From Sandaracinaceae bacterium (lineage in GTDB: Bacteria; Myxococcota_A; Polyangia; Polyangiales; JADJQN01): DNA of 45,421 nt. Below the pieces are notes generated by a model. That model ran no database searches. It was not told the DNA's origin and saw only the letters and a program-made list of their open reading frames with translations. Of the stretch, positions 13,866-24,584 are shown piece by piece. A program made the position numbers and the translations under genes. Location of the stretch: positions 1 to 45,421 of the forward strand of contig CANKOL010000002.1 of the NCBI GenBank assembly GCA_947483975.1. Reading direction: 5' to 3'. How positions within the stretch are numbered: position 1 is the first letter of the stretch; every line of letters starts with the position of its first letter.

Positions 13866-14467
13866 CACTCGCCTCCCGCGTAGCCGGCGAGCTGCTGCAC
13901 GAGCGCGGCGAAGCCATCGAACGCCATCGCGGGGTCTCCGCGCAGCTGCCCGATCGTCATCTGGCCGTCGACCCAATGGGCGAAGCCCACCGAGGAGAGG
14001 TCGCGCACCAGCGCGGTCGGCACGCCGGGGACGCCGCGGCGCACGACGAACTTGCCCTGCACCATGCCGAGCGTGCGGAGGTGCCCCTCACGGTCGCGCT
14101 TGAGCAGCACGACGACCTCTTCGTTCGCCCGATAGCGCGGCGTGCCGTCGATCCAGCTGCCGCCGCCGTTCCACACCCCGCCGAGCTCTTCGATGTCGAC
14201 GGTCGAGGCCTGAGGCGCCCTCGGGGTCGACTTCAGCCAGGCGCTCGTCTGCACGCGCGAGTACGTCCACGGCTCGAGCTGCCCCGTGCGCAGATCCATG
14301 CGCACCACGCTGCTCTGCACCACGCCGCGCACGATCGCATCGGCGTCGCGGATCATGTCTTCGAGCGCGAGCTCGACCATCACGGTCGCTCGCGCGGGGC
14401 GGGCGGCCGAGAGCACGGTAACGAGCGCCGCGAGGATCGCGAGCGCGGGGAACAGCTTGCGCGTCAT
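13865..14467 (-). CDS. Secreted hypothetical protein (200 aa)
   Basis: Signal peptide MTRKLFPALAILAALVTVLSAARPARA. I recognise no motif. Its stop overlaps the start of the metalloprotease gene (TGATG). Confidence 0.75.
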   Translation of the reverse strand: MTRKLFPALAILAALVTVLSAARPARATVMVELALEDMIRDADAIVRGVVQSSVVRMDLRTGQLEPWTYSRVQTSAWLKSTPRAPQASTVDIEELGGVWNGGGSWIDGTPRYRANEEVVVLLKRDREGHLRTLGMVQGKFVVRRGVPGVPTALVRDLSSVGFAHWVDGQMTIGQLRGDPAMAFDGFAALVQQLAGYAGGE

Positions 14468-14576
14468 GGAGGGCCTTTCGGTACGTCCGAACGGCCCAGA
14501 TGTTACACGAGCACCGGCGCAGACGTCACGAGGATGCGACCCGAGAACGCGCCGAGAGCGTCCGCCGGAGGCCGGC

Positions 14577-15791
14577 TCAACGCCGCGTGCGGGGCGTCCG
14601 CCGGCTGACGCCCGGCGCCTGCTGCCGCGGAGCGTATTGCGGCGGCGGAGCCCGGAGCTTCACCGTGGTCTCGCCGTTCAGTACTCCAGGCCCCACGGTG
14701 ACGCTGAGCACCGCGCGCTGACCGGGCTGCCGCGTCATCAGCAGCGTCGTCAGGTCCTCCATGCTGCGCACGGGCTGACCGTCGACGCCGAGGATGATGT
14801 GCCCCGTCCACGGGATGCCGAGCTGTTGCACGTATCCCGGCGCAGGATCGCTCGCGCCGATCAGGCCCGCCGCCTCGGCAGGGCTCCCGGGCACGACCTG
14901 CTGCACGCGCACGCCGGCGAAGCTACCGCTGCGGAAGTCGTCGCCGAGAATGCCGAGCCAGACGCTCCCCCGGACGGCAGCGTTTGGCCCCGTCGCCGGC
15001 AGGGACTGCAGCGCGCCGGGCGGAGGCTCCGCGTTCTCCACCAGCCCGGCGACGCTCGAGGCCCCTTGGGCTCGGCCGCCCCTCGCGGCGACCTCGGCGC
15101 GCACCTGGGTCAGCAGCTCGCGAATGTACGACACGGGCACCGCGAAGCCGATGCCCTGGCTGCCGCCGCTGCGCGAGAGGATCGCGGTGTTGACGCCGAT
15201 GACCTCGCCGCGCGCGTTGACGAGGGGCCCGCCCGAGTTGCCCGGGTTGATCGTCGCGTCGGTCTGGATCAGCCCGCGGACCTGTCCGCCCATCGACGGC
15301 AGGTCGCGACGCGCGCTGACGATGCCCTGGGTCAGCGTGCCATCGAGCCCGAACGGGCTGCCGAAGGCGAGGACCGCCTGCCCGACCTGCACCGCGTCGG
15401 AGTCCCCGAGCTCGAGCGGGCGGGCCGGCACCGTGCCCTGCAGCTCGAGCAGCGCGAGGTCATGCCCGGGGTCGAACGAGAGCACGCGCGCGAGCGCCTG
15501 AGTGCCCGACGAGAAGCGGACCATCAGCCCCGCGCCGCCCCGCCCTTCCCGGGCGACGTGGGCGTTCGTGAGGATCCAGCGCTCCGGGCCGACGACGAAG
15601 CCGGAGCCAGTCGACGAGCCCGCCGAGACGGAGACGGTCGACTCCGTCAGCCGCCGCGCGACCTCGATGCGGTGGGTCTCGGTGAGGTCCTGCGCGCGCA
15701 CGGCGTGGGGCGCGAAGGACGCGAGCGCGCACGCGAACGCGAACGTGAGAGCCACGGGAACGGTGTGCCGGGAGGGTACTTCGAGGTGCAT
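14577..15791 (-). CDS. HtrA/DegP-family trypsin-like serine protease with one PDZ domain
   Basis: Signal peptide (…VPVALTFAFACALASFAPHAVRA). The catalytic triad context is TNAHV / DLALLEL / GNSGGPL. The C-terminal PDZ-like segment is GVRVQQVVPGSPAEAAGL. An alternative ATG lies at 15821. Confidence 0.88.
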   Translation of the reverse strand: MHLEVPSRHTVPVALTFAFACALASFAPHAVRAQDLTETHRIEVARRLTESTVSVSAGSSTGSGFVVGPERWILTNAHVAREGRGGAGLMVRFSSGTQALARVLSFDPGHDLALLELQGTVPARPLELGDSDAVQVGQAVLAFGSPFGLDGTLTQGIVSARRDLPSMGGQVRGLIQTDATINPGNSGGPLVNARGEVIGVNTAILSRSGGSQGIGFAVPVSYIRELLTQVRAEVAARGGRAQGASSVAGLVENAEPPPGALQSLPATGPNAAVRGSVWLGILGDDFRSGSFAGVRVQQVVPGSPAEAAGLIGASDPAPGYVQQLGIPWTGHIILGVDGQPVRSMEDLTTLLMTRQPGQRAVLSVTVGPGVLNGETTVKLRAPPPQYAPRQQAPGVSRRTPRTRR

Positions 15792-15886
15792 GGCAGACCT
15801 TGGAGGGGGTTCGAGCGACATCCATTCAACCGCCGGTCTCGACGATTGTTCCCACGAAGGGAAAGGCACCCCACACGACGCCGCGC

Positions 15887-15916
15887 TTGCGTAGAATGGG
15901 CATCCAGTCGTAGAAC
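15887..15916 (+). promoter_or_regulatory. Weak candidate promoter in the divergent HtrA/PP2C intergenic region
   Basis: TTGCGT (15887-15892), 18-nt spacer, TAGAAC (15911-15916). A TAGAAT also sits at 15892-15897. These are pattern matches only. Confidence 0.2.
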
Positions 15917-15945
15917 GTAGCCTCCGGTGGGGAAAAAGGGGACGC

Positions 15946-16707
15946 GTGCTACGCAGGTTTGGCTGTGGTCTGAGTGATATCGGGAGACGGCGCATGGCCA
16001 ACGAAGACGCGCTCTTCGTGGACGATGCGCTAGGCCTGTATGCTGTTGCGGACGGTATGGGCGGCCACAATGCGGGCGAAGTCGCCAGCCAAGAGGCCAT
16101 CGACACGATCCACGGCATGATCGTCCGCGGCGCCGCGGTGATTCGCGCGCTCGAGGCGGCGAGCCCCACCCCGGAGGACCTCCGCAAGGCGAAGCGCCTG
16201 CTCGAGAGCGCAGTGCAAGCGGCGACCTACATGGTGTTTGGCATCGCGCAGCACGATCCCGACCAACAAGGCATGGGCACCACGCTCTCGGCGTTGCTCG
16301 TCGCCGGGCAGGTCGGGGTGACGGCGCAGGTCGGGGACAGCCGTGTGTACCTCGTCCGCGATGGGGTCGCGTCGCAGCTGACCGAGGACCACACGCTGAT
16401 CGGCTGGCAGCTCAAGCAGGGGATCATCTCGGCTGAAGAGGCCGCTCATTCGCCCCACAAGAACGTCATCACGCGCGCCGTCGGCAGCCGGGAGTACGTG
16501 CAGGTCGACGTGCACTGCTTCCCCGTGCGCGTGGGGGACACCTTCCTGCTTTGCTCCGATGGGCTCCACGGCTACCTCCGTGATCTCGAGGAGATTCCTC
16601 CGATCACGGACCTCGGCCCCACGGTCGCCGCGCGCCGGTTCATCGACCTGGCCAACGAGCGCGGCGGCAAGGACAACATCACCGCGGTGGTCATCGAGAT
16701 CGTCTAG
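15946..16707 (+). CDS. PP2C-family Ser/Thr protein phosphatase (cytoplasmic, 253 aa)
   Basis: SDIGRRRMANED, ADGMGGH, LLCSDGL and GGKDNITAVVI motifs. A GTG start at 15946 is needed to include the first motif. Confidence 0.9.
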   Translation: MLRRFGCGLSDIGRRRMANEDALFVDDALGLYAVADGMGGHNAGEVASQEAIDTIHGMIVRGAAVIRALEAASPTPEDLRKAKRLLESAVQAATYMVFGIAQHDPDQQGMGTTLSALLVAGQVGVTAQVGDSRVYLVRDGVASQLTEDHTLIGWQLKQGIISAEEAAHSPHKNVITRAVGSREYVQVDVHCFPVRVGDTFLLCSDGLHGYLRDLEEIPPITDLGPTVAARRFIDLANERGGKDNITAVVIEIV

Positions 16708-16771
16708 TCGCGCCAGCGCGACGCGACCCTGCTAGGCTGCCGTCAGTTCTTCGCTTCTCGGGGAGGTCTGG

Positions 16772-18586
16772 ATGACGTCCGGTCGCAGCTACACGCTCGC
16801 CCTCGCGCTGCTCTCATGCGCCGCGCTGCTCGCCACCGGCTGTGGGTCACGCTCCAACGTCGCCGGCAGAAGCGGCCGCGCCGTGCCCCCGGACGGAGGC
16901 CCGATCCTCGAGGATCTGGGCCCCGACAGCGGCGACCCCGACCTCGGGCCGACCTTCCTCGAGGTCGATTGCGGCCGCCACGAGCGCTACACCTCGCCTC
17001 GTCGCCCGCTCGTGCTGACGGCCGAGATCACGGCCTCCGCGCGCATCGAGTCGCGCGAATGGACCGTGGCGAGCACGCCCGCCGGCTCGACCCCGCTCAT
17101 CACGCCCGCCGACGAGGTCGTCGGCGTCGAGCCAGACCTGGCCGGGGACTACGCGCTGCACTTCGAGGTGCGCGACGTCGATGGGCGCAGCGCGACCTGC
17201 GACGTGATCGTGCACTCGATCGTCGGGCCGCCCGCCGCGATCTGCCCGGAGGAGCCCGTGACCACCGCGCCGAACGTGCCCGTGATGGTGCTCGGGGACG
17301 GCTACGACGACGTGCGCGTCGTGTCGTACGCGTGGCGCCTCGCGAGCTCACCCGCGCTCTCGTCCCCGCGCATCGCGCCGACGGATCTGCCCGCGACGAC
17401 CTTCGTCGCCGACCTCACGGGCGACTACGAGCTCGAGCTCACCGTGGCCGACGCGGACGGCGGCACCGGCACCTGCATCGCGCGCGTCCTCGTCAACGGC
17501 GGCCCGGTCGTCACCTGTCCGGCCTCGCCGCTCCGCGCCCCGACGCGCCGCCCCGTGACGCTGACGGCGACCGCCGTCGACGACAGCGGCCCGGTGACGA
17601 CGCGCTGGCACCTGGTCACGCGACCGACGACGAGCGTCGCCACCAACGCGCCGCTGACAGGCGTCGCGACCACGCTCACCCCCGACAAGGTCGGCGACTA
17701 CCTGCTCCGCTTCACGGCGACGGACAGCGATGGCCTCGAGGCGAGCTGCGAGGTCACGGTGACCGGCACGCCGACCCCGCCCGACGCGATCTGCCCCGAC
17801 GTCCTCGAGACGACGCCGCTCTCGACCGTCGAGATCACGGGCAGCGGCGTCGACGATGGCACCATCGTGTCCTACCGCTGGGAGGCGGTCGGCGGTCCCG
17901 CGGGCTCCTCCGCCCTGCCCCCCGCGCCGCCGAACGCCGCGACGACGAGCTTTCTCCCGGACGTGGCGGGCGACTATCCGCTCGTGCTCACGGTGACCGA
18001 CAACGACGGGCAGACGGATACGTGCACCACGACCGTGCGCGCGCTCGTCGCCGAGGGGCTGCGCGTCGAGCTCTACTGGAACCCGCCGGACCGCTCGTGT
18101 CACACGATGTCGGCGCCGGGCTGCGACTCGACCGACGTCGACCTCCACCTGCTCCACGCGATGGGCGCGCAGTGGTTCGACGGGGCGTTCGACTGTTACT
18201 ACGGCAACTGCAACAGCACGACCGGCGCTGTGCTCCCTTGGGACGGGCCCACCGTCGTCGACGACCCGCGCCTCGACCTCGACCAGACCGACGGCTTCGG
18301 CCCCGAGAACATCAACATCGACACGCCGCCAGCCGCGACCTACCGCGTCGGGGTGCACTACTTCTCGGACGATATGCAGGGCCCCGCCGAGGTCTACGCG
18401 AACATCTACTGCGGCGTCGGAAGCTCGACCCCGATCGCGTCCTTCGGCCCGGTGACGATGACGCGCGACCAGTTCTGGAAGGTCGCAGACGTCGCCGTCG
18501 GTGGCGGAGGCTGCCGCGTCGCGGATCTCGCCACGGGCGGACGCCCCCTGATCGTGACCGCTGACGAGGCTCGCGCGGCGCGCTGA
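16772..18586 (+). CDS. Lipoprotein with four tandem Ig/PKD-like repeats and a distinct Cys-containing C-terminal domain
   Basis: Lipobox LLATGC. There are four ~95-aa repeats, each ending GDY.L.h.V.D.DG....C.v.V. The C-terminal ~170 aa are LRVELYWNP...TDVDLHLLH...DCYYGNC...LDLDQTDGFGPENINI...TYRVGVHYF. GGAGG lies 7 nt before the ATG. Confidence 0.85.
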   Translation: MTSGRSYTLALALLSCAALLATGCGSRSNVAGRSGRAVPPDGGPILEDLGPDSGDPDLGPTFLEVDCGRHERYTSPRRPLVLTAEITASARIESREWTVASTPAGSTPLITPADEVVGVEPDLAGDYALHFEVRDVDGRSATCDVIVHSIVGPPAAICPEEPVTTAPNVPVMVLGDGYDDVRVVSYAWRLASSPALSSPRIAPTDLPATTFVADLTGDYELELTVADADGGTGTCIARVLVNGGPVVTCPASPLRAPTRRPVTLTATAVDDSGPVTTRWHLVTRPTTSVATNAPLTGVATTLTPDKVGDYLLRFTATDSDGLEASCEVTVTGTPTPPDAICPDVLETTPLSTVEITGSGVDDGTIVSYRWEAVGGPAGSSALPPAPPNAATTSFLPDVAGDYPLVLTVTDNDGQTDTCTTTVRALVAEGLRVELYWNPPDRSCHTMSAPGCDSTDVDLHLLHAMGAQWFDGAFDCYYGNCNSTTGAVLPWDGPTVVDDPRLDLDQTDGFGPENINIDTPPAATYRVGVHYFSDDMQGPAEVYANIYCGVGSSTPIASFGPVTMTRDQFWKVADVAVGGGGCRVADLATGGRPLIVTADEARAAR

Positions 18587-18650
18587 GCGGGGCTCCTCGG
18601 CGCGTCTGTGCCCTTCGATACGGTCGCTCGCTCGCTGGCCGGAGGTCTTC

Positions 18651-20339
18651 ATGTCGCGCCGTCTTCGCCTCGCTTCGCTGCTGTTTCTGACCCTCGCGCT
18701 CGGCCCGCTCGGCTGCGCGCGCGACAATCGCCCCGCGACGCCCGGCGGGCGTGACGGAGGCGTCCCGCCGGTCGCGTGCACGAACACGACCGACACGGAC
18801 GGCGACGGCCTCTACGACGAGTACGAGACCGGCGACACCGACGGCGACGGCACGCCCGACGCGCTCGACATCGACAGCGACGACGACGGCATCGCCGACG
18901 CGGAGGAGGCGGGCTCGCCCGCAGGCTGCCGCGCGCGCAACAGCGACGACGACGCCTTCCCGGACTTCCGCGACAACGACTCCGACAACGACGGCCTCAG
19001 CGACACCGAAGAACGGACGCTCTACCTGACCGACCCGTTCAACCCGGACTCGGACAGCGACGGCTTCACCGACACCGCCGAGGTCGCGACCGGGCACAAC
19101 CCCGCCGACCCGGCCGACGGCATCCCGCCCGACGACTACTACGTCGTGCTGCCGTACGGCGGCGCCGAGGAGGTCCGCGACCTGCGCTTCGACACCAACC
19201 TGCGCAAGGCCGACGTCTTCTTCATGCTCGACCGCACGGGCTCGATGACCGGCGAGGTCGACGCGCTCAAGTCGAGCCTCGCGAGCGTCGTCACGCGCAT
19301 GGCCGCGAGCATCTCGGACATCGGCGTCGGGGTCGGCGGCTTCGCAGGCTTCGGCGGCCCCGGCAGCGGTGGCTGCGTGACGTTCCTCGGCATCGAGAGC
19401 TGCAACGACGGCCCCGCGGGCGACGTTCCCTTCAACCTCTACGGCGTGATCACCACCGACCCCGGGCAGATGCTCAGCGACGTCAGCGCGCTCCGCGCCG
19501 ACCTCGGCGGCGCCAACTGGGCCTCGAGCAACGAGGCGCTCTACCAAGCGGCGACCGGCAGCGGCATCGTGCCCTGGCTCGGGCCCCAGACCTGCCCGTC
19601 GATCCCCGACGAGTACACCCCGCGCTTCGGCTACCCGTGCTTCCGCCCCGGCGCGCTGCCGATCATGGTCGTGCTCACGGACACGGCCTCCAAGAACGGC
19701 CCGCTCACGAGCGGCACGCACGTCTACACCCCGACCGACTTCACGCTCGGCCCGGCGCCCGCGACCTACGACGCCACGCTCGGCGCCCTGCGCGGCATCG
19801 GCGCGCGCGTCATCGGCGTGCTCAGCGGCGCCGAGGTCTCCGGCCCCACGCCGCAGGAGCAATTCGACGTCTGGGCGCGCGAGACGGGCACCGTGGACGC
19901 GACCGGCGCGCCCATCGTCTTCAACATCTCGAGCGACGGCACCGGCCTCGGTGACAGCCTCGTCGAGGCCGTCCGCAAGCTCGCCGAGGAGACGCCGCAA
20001 GACCTGTCGACGACCGTGCGCGACGGCGCCGACTTCCCCGCCGGGATGCCCCCGGTCGACGCGGGCTACTTCATCAAGGCCATCACGCCCTTCGAGGCCT
20101 ACGACGGCGCGGCCCTCGTCGGCGCCGACGTCATCCCGCGCGACGAGCTTCAGTTCTACGACGTCACCCCGGGCGTGCAGGTCATCTTCAAGGTGCACTT
20201 CCTCAACGACTTCCTCGCCCCGACGCGCAGCTCGCAGATCTACCGGGCGACGATCGTCGTCCTCGGCAACGCCATCGCAGAGCTCGATCAGCGCGAGGTC
20301 GTCATCGTCGTCCCGGCGGGCTCGCAGCCGCTGATCTGA
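18651..20339 (+). CDS. Lipoprotein with thrombospondin type-3 (Ca-binding) repeats and a von Willebrand factor A domain
   Basis: Lipobox LGPLGC. DxDxDG-type repeats are present: DTDGDGLYD, DTDGDGTPD, DSDDDGIAD, DSDNDGLSD and DSDSDGFTD. They are followed by a MIDAS-like VFFMLDRTGSM and a later MVVLTD. GGAGG lies 6 nt before the ATG. Confidence 0.85.
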   Translation: MSRRLRLASLLFLTLALGPLGCARDNRPATPGGRDGGVPPVACTNTTDTDGDGLYDEYETGDTDGDGTPDALDIDSDDDGIADAEEAGSPAGCRARNSDDDAFPDFRDNDSDNDGLSDTEERTLYLTDPFNPDSDSDGFTDTAEVATGHNPADPADGIPPDDYYVVLPYGGAEEVRDLRFDTNLRKADVFFMLDRTGSMTGEVDALKSSLASVVTRMAASISDIGVGVGGFAGFGGPGSGGCVTFLGIESCNDGPAGDVPFNLYGVITTDPGQMLSDVSALRADLGGANWASSNEALYQAATGSGIVPWLGPQTCPSIPDEYTPRFGYPCFRPGALPIMVVLTDTASKNGPLTSGTHVYTPTDFTLGPAPATYDATLGALRGIGARVIGVLSGAEVSGPTPQEQFDVWARETGTVDATGAPIVFNISSDGTGLGDSLVEAVRKLAEETPQDLSTTVRDGADFPAGMPPVDAGYFIKAITPFEAYDGAALVGADVIPRDELQFYDVTPGVQVIFKVHFLNDFLAPTRSSQIYRATIVVLGNAIAELDQREVVIVVPAGSQPLI

Positions 20340-20347
20340 GCCAGGCG

Positions 20348-21709
20348 CTACGCGACCGGCGGCGCGGTGCTCGACGCAGGAATCCCGAGCGCGAGCATTC
20401 GGAAGTGCAGGAACAGGCTCTGCGCGATGCTGAGCACCGGCACCGCGAAGAGCGCGCCGAGGAAGCCGAAGAAGTGCTCCCCCGCGAGCAGCGCGAAGAT
20501 GATCAGCACCGGGTGCACCTTCGCGGAGTCGCCCATGATCTTCGGGTTCAGCAGGTTCGCCTCGATCTGATGGATGCCGATGATCCACACGAGGACGAAC
20601 ACGGAGACGCCAAACCCCTGCTGTAGCCCGACCGCGACGGCAGGCACAGAGCTCAGGAACGCGCCGAAGATCGGGATGATCGAGAGCACCGTCGCGATCA
20701 GCGCGAGCACCGGCCAATACGCGAGCCCGGCGATGTAGAAGCCGATCGCGGAGAGCAGCCCGTTGACCAGGCAGATGATCAGCTGCCCGCGGACGACGCC
20801 GCCGAGCCCGCGGTCGATCCGCCGCAGCAGGTCGTCGAACTGCGGCTGCCGGTCCGCCTGCACGAGCGAGCGGAAGAACGAGAAGATCGCGTCGCTGGTG
20901 ATCAGGAGATACGCGGAGATCATCATCATCATGGAGAAGACGAAGATGCCGCCGAAGACGCCGCGGACGAGCGCCTGCGCGGTCGAGAGGAGCGTCGAGA
21001 CCTGCGCGCCGCCTTCCCGAAAGAGGTGCGTCACCATCGCGGAGAGCTGCGCGTTCAGGTCGGGGCTCGGCGCCTCGTCCGCCGTACCGGCGGGCGTCAC
21101 GCGGTAGGCGCCCTCGCCCACAGGCTCGACGTCGATGCCGCTCGGCGGCAGGTGCACCTCGTAGCCACCGCCCTGGACCGGCACGACGCGGATGGAGGTG
21201 CTGGTCATCTGGGCGGCCGTCTGCGGCTCGACGTCGGGCGCGGCGCCTGCGGGCAGGTACGAGGCGGTCGCCCCGCGCACGGCCTCTTGGATGCGCGGCA
21301 GGACCTCGACGCGCAGGCGCTCCGCGAGCCTGGGGGCCTCGCGCGCGAGCTTGGTCGTCTCGGCGATCAGCCGTGGCACCGCGATGCCGATGGCCCCGCC
21401 GAGCAGGCCGAGGAGCACGATGTAGACGAAGAGCACCGCCAGCCAGCGCGGGAGCGCGCGCTTGCGGACGCGCACGCGCTCGACCGCCGCGACGACCGGC
21501 GCGAGCAGGTACGCGACGAGCGTCGCGAGCAAGAACGGCACGAGCACCGGATGAAAGACGATGACCGCGGCGAACAGCAGCACGCCCGTCACCGCGAGGA
21601 ACACCGTGCGCCGTCTGCGCGAACCAGGCCCCGAGGCCGGCAAGAACTGGGGACCGCTCGTCGTTGGGTCAGACACTTTGCGGCTGACGATGCCACGCCG
21701 CGCCCCCAC
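20348..21709 (-). CDS. AI-2E family (PerM/UPF0118) membrane transporter
   Basis: Multi-TM protein with the characteristic C-terminal half (…SIIPIFGAFLSSVPAVAVGL…HPVLIIFALLAGEHFFGFLGALFAVP). The GTG start at 21709 is uncertain. The first ~35 codons have weaker G/C at third positions, so the true start may be further in. Confidence 0.85.
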   Translation of the reverse strand: MGARRGIVSRKVSDPTTSGPQFLPASGPGSRRRRTVFLAVTGVLLFAAVIVFHPVLVPFLLATLVAYLLAPVVAAVERVRVRKRALPRWLAVLFVYIVLLGLLGGAIGIAVPRLIAETTKLAREAPRLAERLRVEVLPRIQEAVRGATASYLPAGAAPDVEPQTAAQMTSTSIRVVPVQGGGYEVHLPPSGIDVEPVGEGAYRVTPAGTADEAPSPDLNAQLSAMVTHLFREGGAQVSTLLSTAQALVRGVFGGIFVFSMMMMISAYLLITSDAIFSFFRSLVQADRQPQFDDLLRRIDRGLGGVVRGQLIICLVNGLLSAIGFYIAGLAYWPVLALIATVLSIIPIFGAFLSSVPAVAVGLQQGFGVSVFVLVWIIGIHQIEANLLNPKIMGDSAKVHPVLIIFALLAGEHFFGFLGALFAVPVLSIAQSLFLHFRMLALGIPASSTAPPVA

Positions 21710-21745
21710 CGCGCGAGAAAGCGATTTCTTCGGGCGCCAATGGAA

Positions 21746-21775
21746 AAGGCCGGCTCCCGATGGGGGGCCGGCCTT
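21746..21775 (-). terminator. Rho-independent terminator downstream of rpsA
   Basis: On the minus strand the sequence reads AAGGCCGGC-c-CCC [CATC] GGG-a-GCCGGCCTT, followed by TTCCATT. That gives a run CCUUUUCCAUU. The hairpin lies about 80 nt after the rpsA stop. Confidence 0.6.
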
Positions 21776-21855
21776 CTCTCGGTCAGCGGACGCCCTGAGG
21801 CGTCACGCTGGTTGCTCGCTGTCGAGGCTGAGCCTCCGCAGCGGGCGGCTCAGGA

Positions 21856-23634
<1,779 letters not shown>

Positions 23635-23897
23635 CCTCTCGTTACCATTTTCTCTCTGTCGAGAGTCCCTTCCGCGTCTCGGGATCGGGCCCCGTAGACG
23701 CATAGCTTCTTCTTCGGTCGCTCGTGCCCGAGCCCCTTGGAGGGGTCGCGCCGCGAGGCGAAACTTGGCGGCTGGTGGAAGAGTGGTGCCGCGGCACACA
23801 CGTCGACCCCGAGCTCGCCCCGAGAGAGCGACGGGGGTAGCAGGACGCCCCGCGCGTGTCAACGGTCGAGGGGCTGCGAACAGCGCTCCGGGGGCTG

Positions 23898-24584
23898 CTA
23901 TCCCCCCGACCGCTGGCGCACGAGCGCGACCAATTGCTCGACCACGCGCTCGAGCTGCAGCGCGCTCGAGTCGAGCACGATGGCGTCGTCCGCGGGGCGC
24001 AGCGGCGCGACGGCGCGCCCCGCGTCTTGGGCGTCGCGCTCCGCGATCTCGGAGACGATCTTGGCGAGATCGGCGTCCTGTCCGCGGGCGCGGAGCTCGT
24101 CGTACCGACGCTTGCCGCGCACCTCGACGCCCGCCGTGAGGAAGACCTTCACCTCGGCGTCCGGGAAGACGACCGTGCCGATGTCGCGCCCCTCGAGGAC
24201 GACGCCGCCGTCCTCACCGAGCCGCCGCTGCAGGCCGAGGAGCGCGGCCCGCACCTCGGGGTGCTTGCTCACCGTGCTCGCGCCGCGCGCGATCTCCTGC
24301 GTGCGGATATCACCCGAGCGGTCGACGCCGTCGACGAAGAGGAGCGGCGCGCCGTCGACGCCCGTCTCGAAGCGCAGATCGAGCGTGCGCGTGTGCTCGC
24401 CGAGCGCCGGGCCGTCTGTCCACTCGAGGCCACGCTCCTGCGCGGAGAGCGCGACGCCTCGATAGAGCGCGCCGGTGTCCACGAGCACGAAGCCGAGCGC
24501 CTGCGCGAGCCTGAGCGCGCAGGTGCTCTTGCCCGCGCCGGCGGGTCCATCGATCGCGACGACGGGGCGCGCGCGGGTCGTCAC
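23898..24584 (-). CDS. cmk: Cytidylate kinase
   Basis: VVAIDGPAGAGKST P-loop followed by LVDTGALYR. GTG 24584 overlaps the aroA TGA (GTGA). It holds the conserved aroA-cmk-rpsA position. Confidence 0.9.
   Translation of the reverse strand: MTTRARPVVAIDGPAGAGKSTCALRLAQALGFVLVDTGALYRGVALSAQERGLEWTDGPALGEHTRTLDLRFETGVDGAPLLFVDGVDRSGDIRTQEIARGASTVSKHPEVRAALLGLQRRLGEDGGVVLEGRDIGTVVFPDAEVKVFLTAGVEVRGKRRYDELRARGQDADLAKIVSEIAERDAQDAGRAVAPLRPADDAIVLDSSALQLERVVEQLVALVRQRSGG

Noticed and set aside
8411-14467. The idea that the protease + ABC exporter pair marks a RiPP/bacteriocin cluster.
   Set aside because: There is no small precursor-like ORF with coding-type codon bias in the short gaps (12007-12038, 14468-14576). 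The ABC proteins have no N-terminal C39 peptidase domain, and no modification enzymes are present.
15806-15822. GGGGGTTCGAGCGAC, which resembles a tRNA T-loop (GGTTCGA).
   Set aside because: No complementary T-stem, acceptor stem or anticodon arm can be drawn around it. It lies in the HtrA 5' region. I found no tRNA-like cloverleaf anywhere in the window.
20340-20347. Only 8 nt separate the convergent stops of the vWA lipoprotein gene and the AI-2E transporter gene, which suggested a shared terminator or overlapping transcripts.
   Set aside because: No inverted repeat spans the junction, so nothing can be concluded from sequence alone. Convergent read-through is possible but not demonstrable here.
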